In this document: positions 28,578 through 39,443 of the stretch, in pieces
How the letters are laid out: the number at the start of each line of letters is the position of its first letter
Position numbering within the stretch: position 1 is the stretch's first letter
Virus record (IMG/VR): IMGVR_UViG_3300032164_000001
Origin: a virus
Strand: one strand, 5' to 3'
Length of the DNA stretch: 64,000 nucleotides
Notes under the pieces: model-generated
What the model saw: only the letters and a program-made list of their open reading frames with translations
Told to the model about the DNA's origin: nothing
Database searches by the model: none
Program-made: the position numbers and the translations under genes

Positions 28578-29366
28578 ATGCAAGACGTACAAGACGTACT
28601 CACACAACTATTGAGAAACAACACACAGCTTTCGAATGCCAAGAAGGCACACCTGATTGAGACGATGGCCGTGTATCGGATCGTGCGAGAAGTAATCGGG
28701 GAATCCACAGCCAGTGCCGTGCTGACACTGACGGCAGCGATAGCAAATCTTCATGCCACATTACAGCTCGGACTGACTTCCCCGTCTCACCTGTCCCAGA
28801 ACGGCGCCCCACCTTGGGCGCCTACACCAATGCCCACAGCGCAGTCGCCTGTACAGGCTCCTGCACCAATGCCCGTGGCACTTGCCGCCACGGTGCCAGA
28901 GAGCAAGAAGCCGAAGAAAAAAGTAGCCCCCCTCGGCAAAGGCTATACGCTGATGGTAACCAAGACTGAACTTCGCACATCCGGTCAAGAGAATAAGTAC
29001 ATGAATACAACCTTTGTGATAACGCGCGCTCCTGATCAGATAGACGAACCGGGACAGACGCCGGAGAAGTTCGAAGAATTCAGACAATCCGTCGGGATGG
29101 CAATCGCTGAACAGCGACTCATGCTGGAGGGGAACGGGACGCCCTTGACAGTGGAATTCTTGATCGCATGCGGCATTGACATACCCCCTGACCTCATCAC
29201 ATTGGACATAAGCAAGCCCATCTACAGGTTGGTGACGGCAGAAGTCAAGTTCTATGACAAATTCAACAATGAAGAACACGAAAAACTTCGGAACTACCGA
29301 CCTGTTGACTGCTCACAGGAGCGCTTGATCGAACAAGTTCTCAGTTCTGGCCCGGGGTCAATCTGA
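28578..29366 (+). CDS. Hypothetical protein: helical N-domain, Pro/Lys linker, possible DUF669-like OB domain
   Basis: KGYTLMVTKTELRTS...KYMNTTFVI; its stop overlaps the E1 start (TGATG). Confidence 0.45.
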   Translation: MQDVQDVLTQLLRNNTQLSNAKKAHLIETMAVYRIVREVIGESTASAVLTLTAAIANLHATLQLGLTSPSHLSQNGAPPWAPTPMPTAQSPVQAPAPMPVALAATVPESKKPKKKVAPLGKGYTLMVTKTELRTSGQENKYMNTTFVITRAPDQIDEPGQTPEKFEEFRQSVGMAIAEQRLMLEGNGTPLTVEFLIACGIDIPPDLITLDISKPIYRLVTAEVKFYDKFNNEEHEKLRNYRPVDCSQERLIEQVLSSGPGSI

Positions 29367-29962
29367 TGCAAAAGGAGCGGCCCTGGCCAAAGGTTGCCGT
29401 TGTCGGAATAGGCGCCCTGGGTTCGCATGTCGTCTTGCTTGCTCGGAATTGGAAGGCGAAGCTGCGTGTCATCGACGGCGACAAGGTCGAGCAGAAGAAT
29501 GTGCTGGCACAGATGCATTCAGAGCTAGGGAAGGGGAGGAACAAGGCTGCGGCACTTAAGGTGTTGATGCAGGGCATGTTCCGCCTGGAGATAGAAGCCT
29601 TCCCCGTGAAGGTCAACGAATGGAACTTGAAGGGGCTGCTCGGTGAGATGGCGCTGATCATCGACTGCACCGACAACGTGGCGGCTCGAAACTGCATCAA
29701 GTCGTTTGCACTGAAGGATGAGATTCCTTGCCTGCATGTGTGCTTATCGGCTGATGGAATGCTGGCCCGAGTGGTGTGGGCTCAACAGAACTTCAAGGCT
29801 GACAAAGAGAGTGGAGACGGAGCGACGTGTGAGGACGGGGCGAATGTGTGGTTCCACGCGATGGCGGCTGCACTCGTCGTGCGACTGGCCCAGCAGTTCC
29901 TGCTCGATGGTCGAATGGAAAGCTGGATGCTTGCGCCAGCAGCTCTCCTCAGGATAGCATAG
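29366..29962 (+). CDS. ThiF/MoeB/E1-like adenylyltransferase
   Basis: VAVVGIGALGS, IDGDKVEQKN..AQ, GRNKA, IIDCTDNVAAR; candidate catalytic Cys in ATCED. Confidence 0.9.
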   Translation: MQKERPWPKVAVVGIGALGSHVVLLARNWKAKLRVIDGDKVEQKNVLAQMHSELGKGRNKAAALKVLMQGMFRLEIEAFPVKVNEWNLKGLLGEMALIIDCTDNVAARNCIKSFALKDEIPCLHVCLSADGMLARVVWAQQNFKADKESGDGATCEDGANVWFHAMAAALVVRLAQQFLLDGRMESWMLAPAALLRIA

Positions 29963-30237
29963 AGGAAGACCGATGTTCTTCTACCTGCACTCCGATCATG
30001 CCTGTTTAACTCCAATCAAGGAGAGACAGGCATGCAATACGGGAGCACGACGAAGTTCAAAGTCTGGACGGACATCGATTTCTCGCTCAGTGAACTGAAG
30101 GGTCTTCGACGAAGGGGCGTGCTGCAACGACGCTTCGCCCGCGCGAGAAGATTCTACAAGAACCAGCTCGCCCGCCAGCGCCGTAGCTGGAACAGGAACA
30201 TCCTTCTGCAAGAGGTAGCAGAAAATAATAATTTATC

Positions 30238-30310
30238 TTGACAGATCAGCCTAATTCGATCTAAAATACGGGCGGCTTGGGTGGGGTAAGGTTATTGTAT
30301 GTAGGGTTTT
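30238..30310 (+). promoter_or_regulatory. Repeat A copy 4
   Basis: TTGACA-18-TAAAAT plus a leader identical to copy 3; faces - strand genes. Confidence 0.85.
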
Positions 30311-30445
30311 CTACGTACTTCCGAGGAGTTATGCCAACAGTATGCCACGGGTCGGTGTCTGGCCGATCAGAGCGAAGAATCGGTAATCGGGCCAGAGGTC
30401 TCCAACGAATGGCTCAGTGAGCCAAGTGAATGGTTCGGCGAACCA

Positions 30446-30760
30446 TCACCCGTTTGAGCATGCTGGCTGGGGTAGGCCGGCTATCTTGCAAGCGAGGGAC
30501 AATCCCGCGGGGAACAGCTTGTAGAGCGTCGTCAGCGTGAGCTTGCACCCGGTGCAGACCTCGCGAACGTGTGGCGAGCGGTGCTTGCTGACATAGAAGC
30601 ACCTGAGAAACTCGATGACCTCGATGTGTGGCACGTCGAGCTCGAGGCCGAGCTTCCGGGCATAGGAGACGGCAATGGGCGGCTCCCAGTCACTTGCATG
30701 GACGAAGTAGCCGTTGCCATCCAGTTGGATGATACGGCCAAGGGTGTTCAACGTCTTCAC
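30446..30760 (-). CDS. TusE/DsrC-family sulfur relay protein
   Basis: LDGNGYF...DW...A...GLEL...H.EVIEFLR.FY...P...LYKLFPAG...ACKIAGLPQPAC. Confidence 0.9.
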   Translation of the reverse strand: MKTLNTLGRIIQLDGNGYFVHASDWEPPIAVSYARKLGLELDVPHIEVIEFLRCFYVSKHRSPHVREVCTGCKLTLTTLYKLFPAGLSLACKIAGLPQPACSNG

Positions 30761-31002
30761 TTCGGCGTCAGGCTGGCAAGAAGTCCGTCCATGACGCCAT
30801 CGATGATCTTGTCGAGAGCCTCGTCGACGGCTGTGTCAACAGCGTCATCGGGGAGAGGGATCTCAACGGAAAAGGTGTCGGAGTCGTCTGAACCGGAATG
30901 CTCTGCATCTTCTGAGCCGGAATGCTCTGCATCTTCTGAGCCGGAATGCTCTGCATCTTCACCTGGGTCATATTTACACACATATGCTGAAAATTCTTTC
31001 AT
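30757..31002 (-). CDS. Small acidic protein with a 27-bp tandem repeat (EDAEHSGS-type unit) x3
   Basis: Repeat at about 30890-30960. Confidence 0.5.
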   Translation of the reverse strand: MKEFSAYVCKYDPGEDAEHSGSEDAEHSGSEDAEHSGSDDSDTFSVEIPLPDDAVDTAVDEALDKIIDGVMDGLLASLTPK

Positions 31003-31555
31003 ATTGCTGCTGCCGCCTGTAACGTTTCGAACATGGACGCACTGAATGGTCAGCTCGACCGTATCCTAGAGTTGATGTTGACGCACAGTGAGTTTTTGAG
31101 CAAGCAACAGCTGGAACTGCAGAGTATCACTAAGCATATGAAGGAGCTAGAACAACGCGTTGCAGGATTGGACAGACAGCAACGGGCTCTGGGTCTCGAC
31201 TTTCACGCCGTGCATCAGGCCTGCTTGCAGATCTCCCGGGAGGTCATTTTCTTCACCAATCGGTGCGAAGACCGGGGGAACCGGATTCGAGACATTCTGG
31301 GGCAGGTACGGGATGGCGAGCACAGTGAAGCCACGGAAGCAGCCGCGGAGTTCATGCGTGCTCTCGAGTGCTCGGGCACACTGGTGGAGGGGATGAAGAA
31401 GACCGTATCCAGTGAGTTCCTAGCGATCAAGACGCCGAAGAAGTAGGTCAACAGTATACGTGCCGATCAGGCGACTGCCCACGGGTCGGTGTATGCCGAT
31501 CGTGTAGCTCCTAGAGAGTCGAGAAGACGTTCTCTCGAACTACTCCCCGAACAGT

Positions 31556-32185
31556 TTATCCCTTGATCGTGAGCAGTGCCGTGCTGAGTCCGCCGAGGCC
31601 GGCTGACTTGGAGCGCTTTGTCAGGTCACGTGACTCTGTCACGGTGACGTCGCCAGTCCGGTTCAGAAGGCACTCCATGACCTTGCACCACTTGTTACCC
31701 GAGCCAACCGCTGTCTGGATCTCGGCAGTGGTTGGGGCAACCTGGGTGCCAGTGGTGGCTGGCGCGCCCTTGACGGCAACCATGGTCACGGTGCCCGTCA
31801 CGTTCTTGCAGACGATGGCAGCCACGCAGGACTTGCCACTGGTGAGCCCGGTGAGGAACGATCCGGTGTGAATGTTGAAGTCATCCTGCAGCGCGAAGTT
31901 CTTCAGCACGCCGCCAACCTCGACCCAGCCTGCCGCGATGTTACCGGCATTCCACAGGGTGTTGCCGACTCCAGTGGCCTGCGTGGAGGGGGTGGTGGGG
32001 GCAACGGCCATGAGGCCCTCGACCACTCCCGAGCTGTCCGTCTTGGTGAGGCCGAGTTGGGTCTGGAGGGTGACGAAGTCGTCGGCGATGTCACGGAGAA
32101 GGGAGGCCAGAGGCGGTGTGGCATCGGTGCCGAACGGGACGAGCCCGGCGCCGCCAGAGAGATAGTTCTCAAGAATGGTTCCCAT
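31556..32185 (-). CDS. Thr/Gly-rich putative virion protein
   Basis: AGGAG RBS; composition typical of phage structural or decoration proteins. Confidence 0.4.
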   Translation of the reverse strand: MGTILENYLSGGAGLVPFGTDATPPLASLLRDIADDFVTLQTQLGLTKTDSSGVVEGLMAVAPTTPSTQATGVGNTLWNAGNIAAGWVEVGGVLKNFALQDDFNIHTGSFLTGLTSGKSCVAAIVCKNVTGTVTMVAVKGAPATTGTQVAPTTAEIQTAVGSGNKWCKVMECLLNRTGDVTVTESRDLTKRSKSAGLGGLSTALLTIKG

Positions 32186-32378
32186 GATTGCTCTCCTGTC
32201 AACAGGAATTGAAGGTGGATATCCGGTCAGCATTCTAGGCGCTAATGAATCGAATGGTCAAGACAATTTTTGCGTGTATGCCGACAGTGTGTCGGGGGTC
32301 GGTGTATGCCGATCAGTGTAAAGTGTCCGTTGGCGGGCAGAAGAGAAGGAGCGCAACGAAGGATGACAGAGAATCCTT

Positions 32379-32645
32379 CTACTGCTGGGCGGACTTCACC
32401 TTGGCGGCCTTGGCGGCCTGGCGTTGAGCCTCGGCGGCGAGAAGGGTTTGGGCTCCACCGAGATTCGTCTCCACCTTCTCGACGGCGTCGAGGATGGAAT
32501 CCCTGATGAACTCCGAACGGGAGGAGTAGCCAGCGGGCCGCCAGGCGGAGTTGAGACGGTCGAGCTCAGCGCTCTCGAGAGTACCGTTGACCATCGTGAG
32601 CTTGCGCTCGCTACCATGGGCCAGTGCCTGATCGATTCTGGACAT
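32379..32645 (-). CDS. CopG/RHH-family regulator
   Basis: MVNGTL..AELDRLN...GYSSRSEFIRDSI. Confidence 0.7.
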   Translation of the reverse strand: MSRIDQALAHGSERKLTMVNGTLESAELDRLNSAWRPAGYSSRSEFIRDSILDAVEKVETNLGGAQTLLAAEAQRQAAKAAKVKSAQQ

Positions 32646-34452
32646 GATTTCTTTTTACCTCTTTCTGCTTGTGAGTTTCCTTACCATTTCAACCATGGTA
32701 AGGACAGCTGTGGCTGAGGCAGCCACTACGGATTTGACGAGCCGCCTCGCCTGTGAAGATAGAATGGCCTGCTCCTGTGCTACGGCTTCTTCCCTGGTGT
32801 CGTGCGTACCCAGGACCCGCTTACCATCCCGAGTGTACAAGACCCACTTTCTGCCAACATGCCTTATCATTTTGAGAGCCCGGGGCTAATCGAGAGACCG
32901 CCATAACATGGATTGGATGAAGAAAGCAAGCCTTAATTATGGGGAGTTGGCGATTCGTGCGTTGAATTTGCTGCATTCACGCTTGAGCCTGCTTTCCTGC
33001 CGCAGGAGATGCTGCACGTAGTAGATTAAGCATTCCTTGGTTGCATGCTCCCAGCAACACGTGAGACCTGGAGCCGCATCTTTCTCGCACTGTCCAAGAC
33101 TCGCACCGCCAATGCGGACGGAAGGATGCACCGAGACACGATGAACATGATCACACTTAGTTTTCAAATTGATCCCCATGCGTATGTCAGGCGTCGGTCC
33201 TCCCACATACATGGCATGTCAACGGGTTAACCTCATGTTGGTCAACAAGCTTTTGCTTAGGCTTGTTCTCAGGTGGAGGGTGTAAGTAGAAAGCGCAGGA
33301 GGATGCCAACAGGTCAGTAAAAACCTGCACTTCTTCTTCATTGAGTGGCTTGCTTGTGACGGTCAATCTTCTCTTGTCTTTGGTAAGAGCGGGAATCAAA
33401 CGAAACGATTTGGAGATGAGATGTACTGGTGGCCAGAATGCAGCATCTGCAAACGTTCGTAGGTTCTTACACGATTTACAAGTTACATCAGCAGTCTTCT
33501 CTGTCAGCAAGTGTTGTGGGACTGGCAGTAACCGGTGGCCTGCATGCCCGATTGGGTGGGAGTACGGTCGACATAGAGCTACGGCAGTACCGCGCCAGTC
33601 GTATACCTTGAAGTGGACAACCCTTTTCACTTGGATCTCCCCTACAGAACTAACTCATCGAGTTGCGGCAGAATAGACTTACACTTCCACTTGAGGAATC
33701 CCCATGCGTATGTCAGGCGTCGGTGTCGATTCAGTTGATTGCGGCAGTGTAAACAGTGCAAACAGTGTAAACAGTGCAAACAGTGTACGATAGAAACAGT
33801 CTCACGGTCTGCCTTTCCGATCTGGAAACTGACTCGCGATGACAGCGATCTCAAGAAGTCTGCGTTCATGTCTCAGAGCTTGGTCGAGTTTCACATAGGT
33901 AGCGACATGCTTCGTACCAGTGGCGACGTCAAAAATCTTGAAGTACACGACGCCGGTGTTGGTGGAGAGCTTGATCATCCTACAACTCGATCGGCTTAAA
34001 CTTGATGCGAGGAGTGTCGGCTATGTTCTCCTTCGGGGAGCAATCGGTATCAGACAGTGACATGTTCAACTCCTCATTGTGCTGGTGCCCCCAAGAAAGA
34101 TAGACTTCAACTGCATCGGCATCGTGAAGGGGAACATAGTCAAGCTCGAAGAGCCATGCTCCGAAGGATCGCTCCACCGAGCGCTTGCGATCGAGCCATT
34201 CTGCATGCTCAACGCGTCGGCGCTCGTAGAGCTCCTTGGCCTCCTTGACGGTCAGGTCGTTGGGGTAGTCGGCCAGACGCTCCCCTGGCCAGTTGGGCCT
34301 TTGCTGCTGCTTGTTGAACTCCTGCTTGGCTTGCATGTAGTGATCGAATGCCTTGCGCACGTCGGTTTCGATCCTGCTGTCTGATGCGTCATCCGGGGAG
34401 AGCGCGTACGTGTCACCGTGCCATTCTCCGCATCTGTAGTGCTGCACTCTGA

Positions 34453-34710
34453 CTAGTCTGCGCATGGCTGCTCTTCGGTGATGAAGTAGCTGTTGACGTT
34501 CACATGGTGCTTCTTGCTGTTGAACCCAACGACTCTGCGCTGGACATGCTCCTTGCGGAGAAACCCCTTGAGCACAAGTCGGTCGAGCATGTTCCTTGTG
34601 TAGGGCTTGCAGTCCTTGAGCACAGAAGCTAGATTTTCGATGGTTGCACCAGGATGCTGCCTGATGAAGTCGAGCAGTTGCATTTGCTGTGGACTCGGAG
34701 TGTAGGTCAT
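34453..34710 (-). CDS. Winged-HTH DNA-binding protein
   Basis: QLLDFIRQHPGATIENLA...LDRLVLKGFL. Confidence 0.65.
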   Translation of the reverse strand: MTYTPSPQQMQLLDFIRQHPGATIENLASVLKDCKPYTRNMLDRLVLKGFLRKEHVQRRVVGFNSKKHHVNVNSYFITEEQPCAD

Positions 34711-34926
34711 TCGGAAACAGTGCTCCCCATGTGTCAGCTCGGGCGTTGGTGTAAGATCAGCTCGGGAGAACGTGTCAGTTGCACGAGTTGTTCGACAGTG
34801 TAATCTTTTGGCCCTGTGAGCACTCCTTCAGGTTGGACCTGTCTGGCATCACCCGCTGAGCATTTGCCCACAGGGCCACTCAAGGTTCTAGCCGATGGCG
34901 CTGTAATTGACAATACTCTATTTTAC

Positions 34927-35199
34927 TCAATCAGGTCCAAGGCCCAAATGCTGCGAGCAGATGAAGTCCTTCTCCAGAGAAACATCTTGCCATGAACCTC
35001 GCAGGTTGAAACGCTTTATCAGGTAGTGCACACGCTGGTTGGCCAGGTCGAGCTCCCGTGCGATCTCCCTCACGGTCATGTCGGGGAGTGCCCTGCGGAT
35101 GGCTTCGTTTGTCAGCTCGCGGCAACGCATCGCCGAGCTCCACATCTCGATGCGGGCCGTTCTCGCCAAACCAAGGAGATGTTTAACTTCCTGTTGCAT
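34927..35199 (-). CDS. HTH protein
   Basis: MTVREIARELDLANQRVHYLIK. Confidence 0.6.
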   Translation of the reverse strand: MQQEVKHLLGLARTARIEMWSSAMRCRELTNEAIRRALPDMTVREIARELDLANQRVHYLIKRFNLRGSWQDVSLEKDFICSQHLGLGPD

Positions 35200-35485
35200 G
35201 TTCTGAATCTGGACTGCCGGTGCCGGTTAAGGAGTCGCCGTTGGCTGTGTGTGGTTTGCAGCACCGGCAGTCCATCATTCCGGTATGTTGTAGCTGAGAT
35301 GCGCGCCTGTTGTCAAGCAGATTCGTTACGCCTTCTTGTTGCGTGTTTTTAGCTTGCATTTTGGTGCAAGGTATTGCAGAGTGGGCCGGTCAGCGTTCAG
35401 CAAACAGTTCAAGTATTGAATCGGAAAAACAACTGGTAAATCGCCGGCTTTGCTGTAGAATTTAGCACGTTTGCCGACTTTTATG

Positions 35486-35553
35486 TTGACATTACACAGC
35501 GGTCTAATATAGAATGAGGGCGGTTTGGGTGGGTTGAGGTTTGTATATGGGGG
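35486..35553 (+). promoter_or_regulatory. Repeat A copy 5
   Basis: TTGACA-18-TAGAAT plus the G-rich leader. Confidence 0.85.
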
Positions 35554-35595
35554 CTTTCCTGAGCAATACTGTAGACTTGAAGAGGAAATCCCGAA

Positions 35596-35841
35596 ATGGA
35601 CGAGCAGAAGAAAGCAGTGATCATCCTGCTGAGCGGTGGTCCGAAGAGCACCCGAGAGGTTGGAGCATTGCTCTACGACGTGTGTGCGAGGAAGTTCCTC
35701 GTCAAGGCTCCTGTCAGCTCGGCTGCGGACAGAAAGAAGGCCTGGGCCAGGAAGCTGCTGTCACGGATGGCAGGGGAGGGTCTGCTGCAACGACGGGAGG
35801 ATGGACGCTTCGAGGTGACCGAGAAGGGTAAAGAGGGTTGA
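35596..35841 (+). CDS. Winged-HTH-like protein
   Basis: L..GPKST.EV...LSRM..EGLL...F.VTEKG. Confidence 0.55.
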   Translation: MDEQKKAVIILLSGGPKSTREVGALLYDVCARKFLVKAPVSSAADRKKAWARKLLSRMAGEGLLQRREDGRFEVTEKGKEG

Positions 35842-36904
35842 GAGTGATGGACATCGTAGCACTCATTGGACTGATCGCGGTGATGCTTTTGTTTGACAAG
35901 ATACTCGACTGGTTCCGCCTGCAGAGAAGGGAGTAGTTTGCTATGAAAAGAGATGACGATGAAGACACTGCGATCCCCATGGAAGGGGCCGAAGATGAAG
36001 AAATCGAGGAGGACAAGGACGAGGGAATCGACGGAGGTATCGATGATGATAGCACCGTGGCACATGCGCATCTGCGCCGGTGCATCGCAGAGCTCACAGC
36101 GAATGAGGGTGGAGTGGAGGGAACACGCATCCACACCACGGATGATGAAGGACACGCTGAAGTGTTCTTCGACACGGTGGAGGAACTGATCTCTTTTCTC
36201 GCCGAGGAAGTGGAGTGCAGCTGGTGCGCCAGCGCACCCAGGGAGGATGGAGACTGGGTCTTCGACCAACCAGACTTCGAGACGATGGCCCGTGAGCAAC
36301 TAATCCAGAGCGAACACGCGAAGACGGTGCTACCGCCGGACTGGCTACTAGAGCTCTAGGTCATGAGTATGTAAAATTCTGTGTAAGTTTATTTGATTGC
36401 GCGAAGTGTCAGCAATGCGGGCCAGAGTGTTCCATCAGTAAACACTTCCCTTTTGGAGATTCATTCGAAAATGGCTCCTAGAGACAATTCCCATGAGGAC
36501 ATACGCTACAAGCTGATTGGTAAACAAGACAAGAATGGAAACGACTACTTCGTTGGCTACTCGACGCACCCCGTGATGCTCGATATGTCGAACGCGGTGT
36601 TCTTCTTCTTTCCGTATGGTGACGAAGGAGATGCCAGATTCGGCGGCGAGCTCGTTATCAAATATAGGGAGAGGAGAGCTGTATCGGCTCGAGGGGAGGG
36701 AGAAGAGACAGCTACACCATGCCGAGGGCAAAGCAGGGAGGGACTACTGGTGGCGGTGAAGGAGCTTCTTCGGTTGCGCTTCGATGTGCTGGAGACGGAG
36801 CTCGATATGGTAGACGACATCGATACAGTGGAACGGTTGACCGAGCTGCTGGTGAAGGCCGCTACCGTGGGAACGATGGTTGCCTTCATGAAGGAGCTGC
36901 GGAC

Positions 36905-37264
36905 GTGAAGTCGCTAGCACTGTGCTGTCGGTCCTTTCCGTTGCGCTTTGCGCCAGAGGAGCTCTGGGAAAACTATGAGCATTATGTTGTGGGGAGCAGC
37001 GATAGCGATGATGCGTTTGGACGGGGGCCGATACGGGATATAGCAATACTGGCTCCAATGCTACGCTATATCGGTTTTCGCGCCGGAAACCCAAACGGTG
37101 TCTTATGGACTTGCAACATAGAAGAACCACGGCATCTGTACACGTGCATTCATCTGACGAGGGAATCCGGACTCTGTCGAATACAGCACTGGAAGCCAGA
37201 CATGTGTCGCATCTACATGAACTGCGAGTATCCCGATTGCGAGAGCGGTTGCAAACCTCTCTAA
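36905..37264 (+). CDS. YkgJ/FliB-like Cys-cluster protein
   Basis: ALCC...CIHL...GLCRI...KPDMCRIY. Confidence 0.6.
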   Translation: MKSLALCCRSFPLRFAPEELWENYEHYVVGSSDSDDAFGRGPIRDIAILAPMLRYIGFRAGNPNGVLWTCNIEEPRHLYTCIHLTRESGLCRIQHWKPDMCRIYMNCEYPDCESGCKPL

Positions 37265-37755
37265 AGAGATCCGAAGCGGATTCGAGTCGTGGCAGCGTAG
37301 TCCGGACTTGCAAGCTTCAGAACACCATTGACTTCGGAGATGGAGGAGGATTCATCTGGCCACTCGCAGGCTTTGGAGACATCGGTGACTTGCAGGTCGT
37401 GTGTGTGGAGCGTGTCGTGGACAAGATGCAGGATGGGAGTGGGGTCGAAAGATCTGCAGGAGTAGATGTCGAGATGGAACTCATTGCGGAGCGGCCAGGT
37501 GTGCAGGGCAACGTGCGACGTGGAGAGACAGGCCAAGCAGGAGATGCCCCCTTCATCCTCGAAGGGCTCGCGGCCAAGCTTGGCGACTTCGAGCTCGACA
37601 CGATGAAGTTGCGGTTGGCCAAGAATAGCCATGCCGGCGGATTGGATGATGGAGTAGATGAGCTGCTTGATACTGGTTTCGTCATCGAGGATGCGGCGTT
37701 GGGCCGCCCCGCCCAGGATATACAAATTCGTGGCCAATTGGGGGTTTTTAAACAA
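37261..37755 (-). CDS. speD: S-adenosylmethionine decarboxylase proenzyme (SpeD/SpeH-like); start approximate
   Basis: GGIS.LACLSTSHVALHTWP...HLDIYSC; autocleavage S-H motif. Confidence 0.8.
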   Translation of the reverse strand: MFKNPQLATNLYILGGAAQRRILDDETSIKQLIYSIIQSAGMAILGQPQLHRVELEVAKLGREPFEDEGGISCLACLSTSHVALHTWPLRNEFHLDIYSCRSFDPTPILHLVHDTLHTHDLQVTDVSKACEWPDESSSISEVNGVLKLASPDYAATTRIRFGSL

Positions 37756-38584
37756 AAATAAACATCGATTAGAAGACACCACCGTTTCTGGTTTCTGGAA
37801 TCTGTGAATCTGCTTTTGTTTGACATCTACAGGAAATGAATCGAGAAAGCAAGGAGATAATCGATGACGGATAAAGAAATCACGGTCAAGGTGCGCATGA
37901 GTTTTTCGGTCTCGCCGGACTGCGGTGTGGAGATTCCATCGCTGGATGGCACGGTGCACCTCATGCCCGTTGCGGTGCAGAGCAACGACGCCTACTCGGT
38001 GGTCTCTGTCATCCTGGAGCACTGGAAGAGATCTCTGGCGATTGGTGGAGACGTGCAGGAGATAGCAGGGCCAGCCTTGGCCCAGGCGATCGACGCTGCC
38101 CGGAAGTCACTGGGCATCGAGGGGCAAGCATTAGTCAGTAAGTAAAAGTGGTAAGACACGTTACACAAAGAATGGCTGGTGAGTCTTGAAACAACAAGAG
38201 CTGGATGTGCCATGGAAGAAGCTGTTGGAGGATTGGCATCGTGCAGAGCACGCATCGGAGCTCGAGGCGTCGGTTGCTTTTATCCCAGGGCTGGGGATGG
38301 TACGAGAATGTGAGGGCTGCGGTTGCCTGGTTCATGGCGCAAGACTCAATTGCAAACGCTGTACAGGGGAGCATGACACTGCGCCATCTCACGCAAGGCT
38401 CAACGGTAGCATAAGTGTCGGGGACGAGCTGATCTGGTGGTACTGGGGTGTACGTGAACGCGTGAAGGTCATCAAGATGGACGAGGCATCCATCCTGCTG
38501 GAGACTGAAAGAGGTATACTGCGCTGGCATCCGATCGACCATGTACGCGATGCCTGCATGCGCGATACTGAGCGACCCCCAACA

Positions 38585-38690
38585 CCGATAAAAATGGAGA
38601 GCGGTGGAACGCCATCGACACCGATAAAAATGGAGAATAGCGAAACGCCACCGATAAAAATGGAGAATAGTGGAACGCCACCGATAAAGC
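38585..38690 (+). repeat. Intragenic tandem repeat (TPPIKME-type units)
   Basis: ACCGATAAA(AATGGAG) x4 within ORF 38186..38887. Confidence 0.8.
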
Positions 38691-39376
38691 CTGAGGGCAG
38701 TGTAATGGAGAGTAGCGAAACGGCTTCAAAGGACTCTACACGGTTTCATTATCGGAAGACATTGCGTATTGTGCTGGAGGCCAATAGTGATTCTGCATTA
38801 GACTGGTTCAACAAGGAGCATGTCAAGGCAGTTATGGAGTATACGACACCGGGGGACACCACATTTACACTCATCATGGAGAAATAGGGCACAGAAAGGC
38901 AGCAGGCTTCCAGTGCAATATTCTTCCATTCATGGATTTGCGTGGTTAGCTTTTTTTCGACATTCCGCGGATAGTGATGAAACATGGCTGCACAGATTAC
39001 AGAATTTGAAGCTAGGATGGAAGCAACGATGGTGGAGGCGGTGTTGTTGTCGCCATCAGCCGTAGCACTTGCTGCGTTGCAAGGATCCGCTTCAGCGAAT
39101 CCACAGAAGATCGCAAACGCGGCAATCTCGGCAGTCGACCAGGCGTTAAAAGAACCCGGTGCGCTGGTGCGCATCGCTTGTGATAATCCGATGGATGCCA
39201 TCGTGATGTCTGATATCTTGGACAGATTGTGTAGCACACTTGTGGGTGTGAGCCTGATTGCGGAGAAGAGCACGAAGGCGTTCCTCGAACTGGACAACGG
39301 CTCGGCCATCTACATCGCGTTGAAGAGGAAAGCGTAGGGTGAACGGTGGAATGGCAGAATCGACGCACTATTTTTC

Positions 39377-39443
39377 TTGACACACACGCCACATTGGGCG
39401 TAAAATACGGGCGGTTGGGTGGGAATGAGGTTTGTATGGGGGG
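39377..39443 (+). promoter_or_regulatory. Repeat A copy 6
   Basis: TTGACA-18-TAAAAT plus the G-rich leader. Confidence 0.85.

Noticed and set aside
33642-33869. (CLH)n or (QCK)n metal-binding protein
   Set aside because: Arises from a 9-bp microsatellite that is open in both orientations; coding status cannot be supported.
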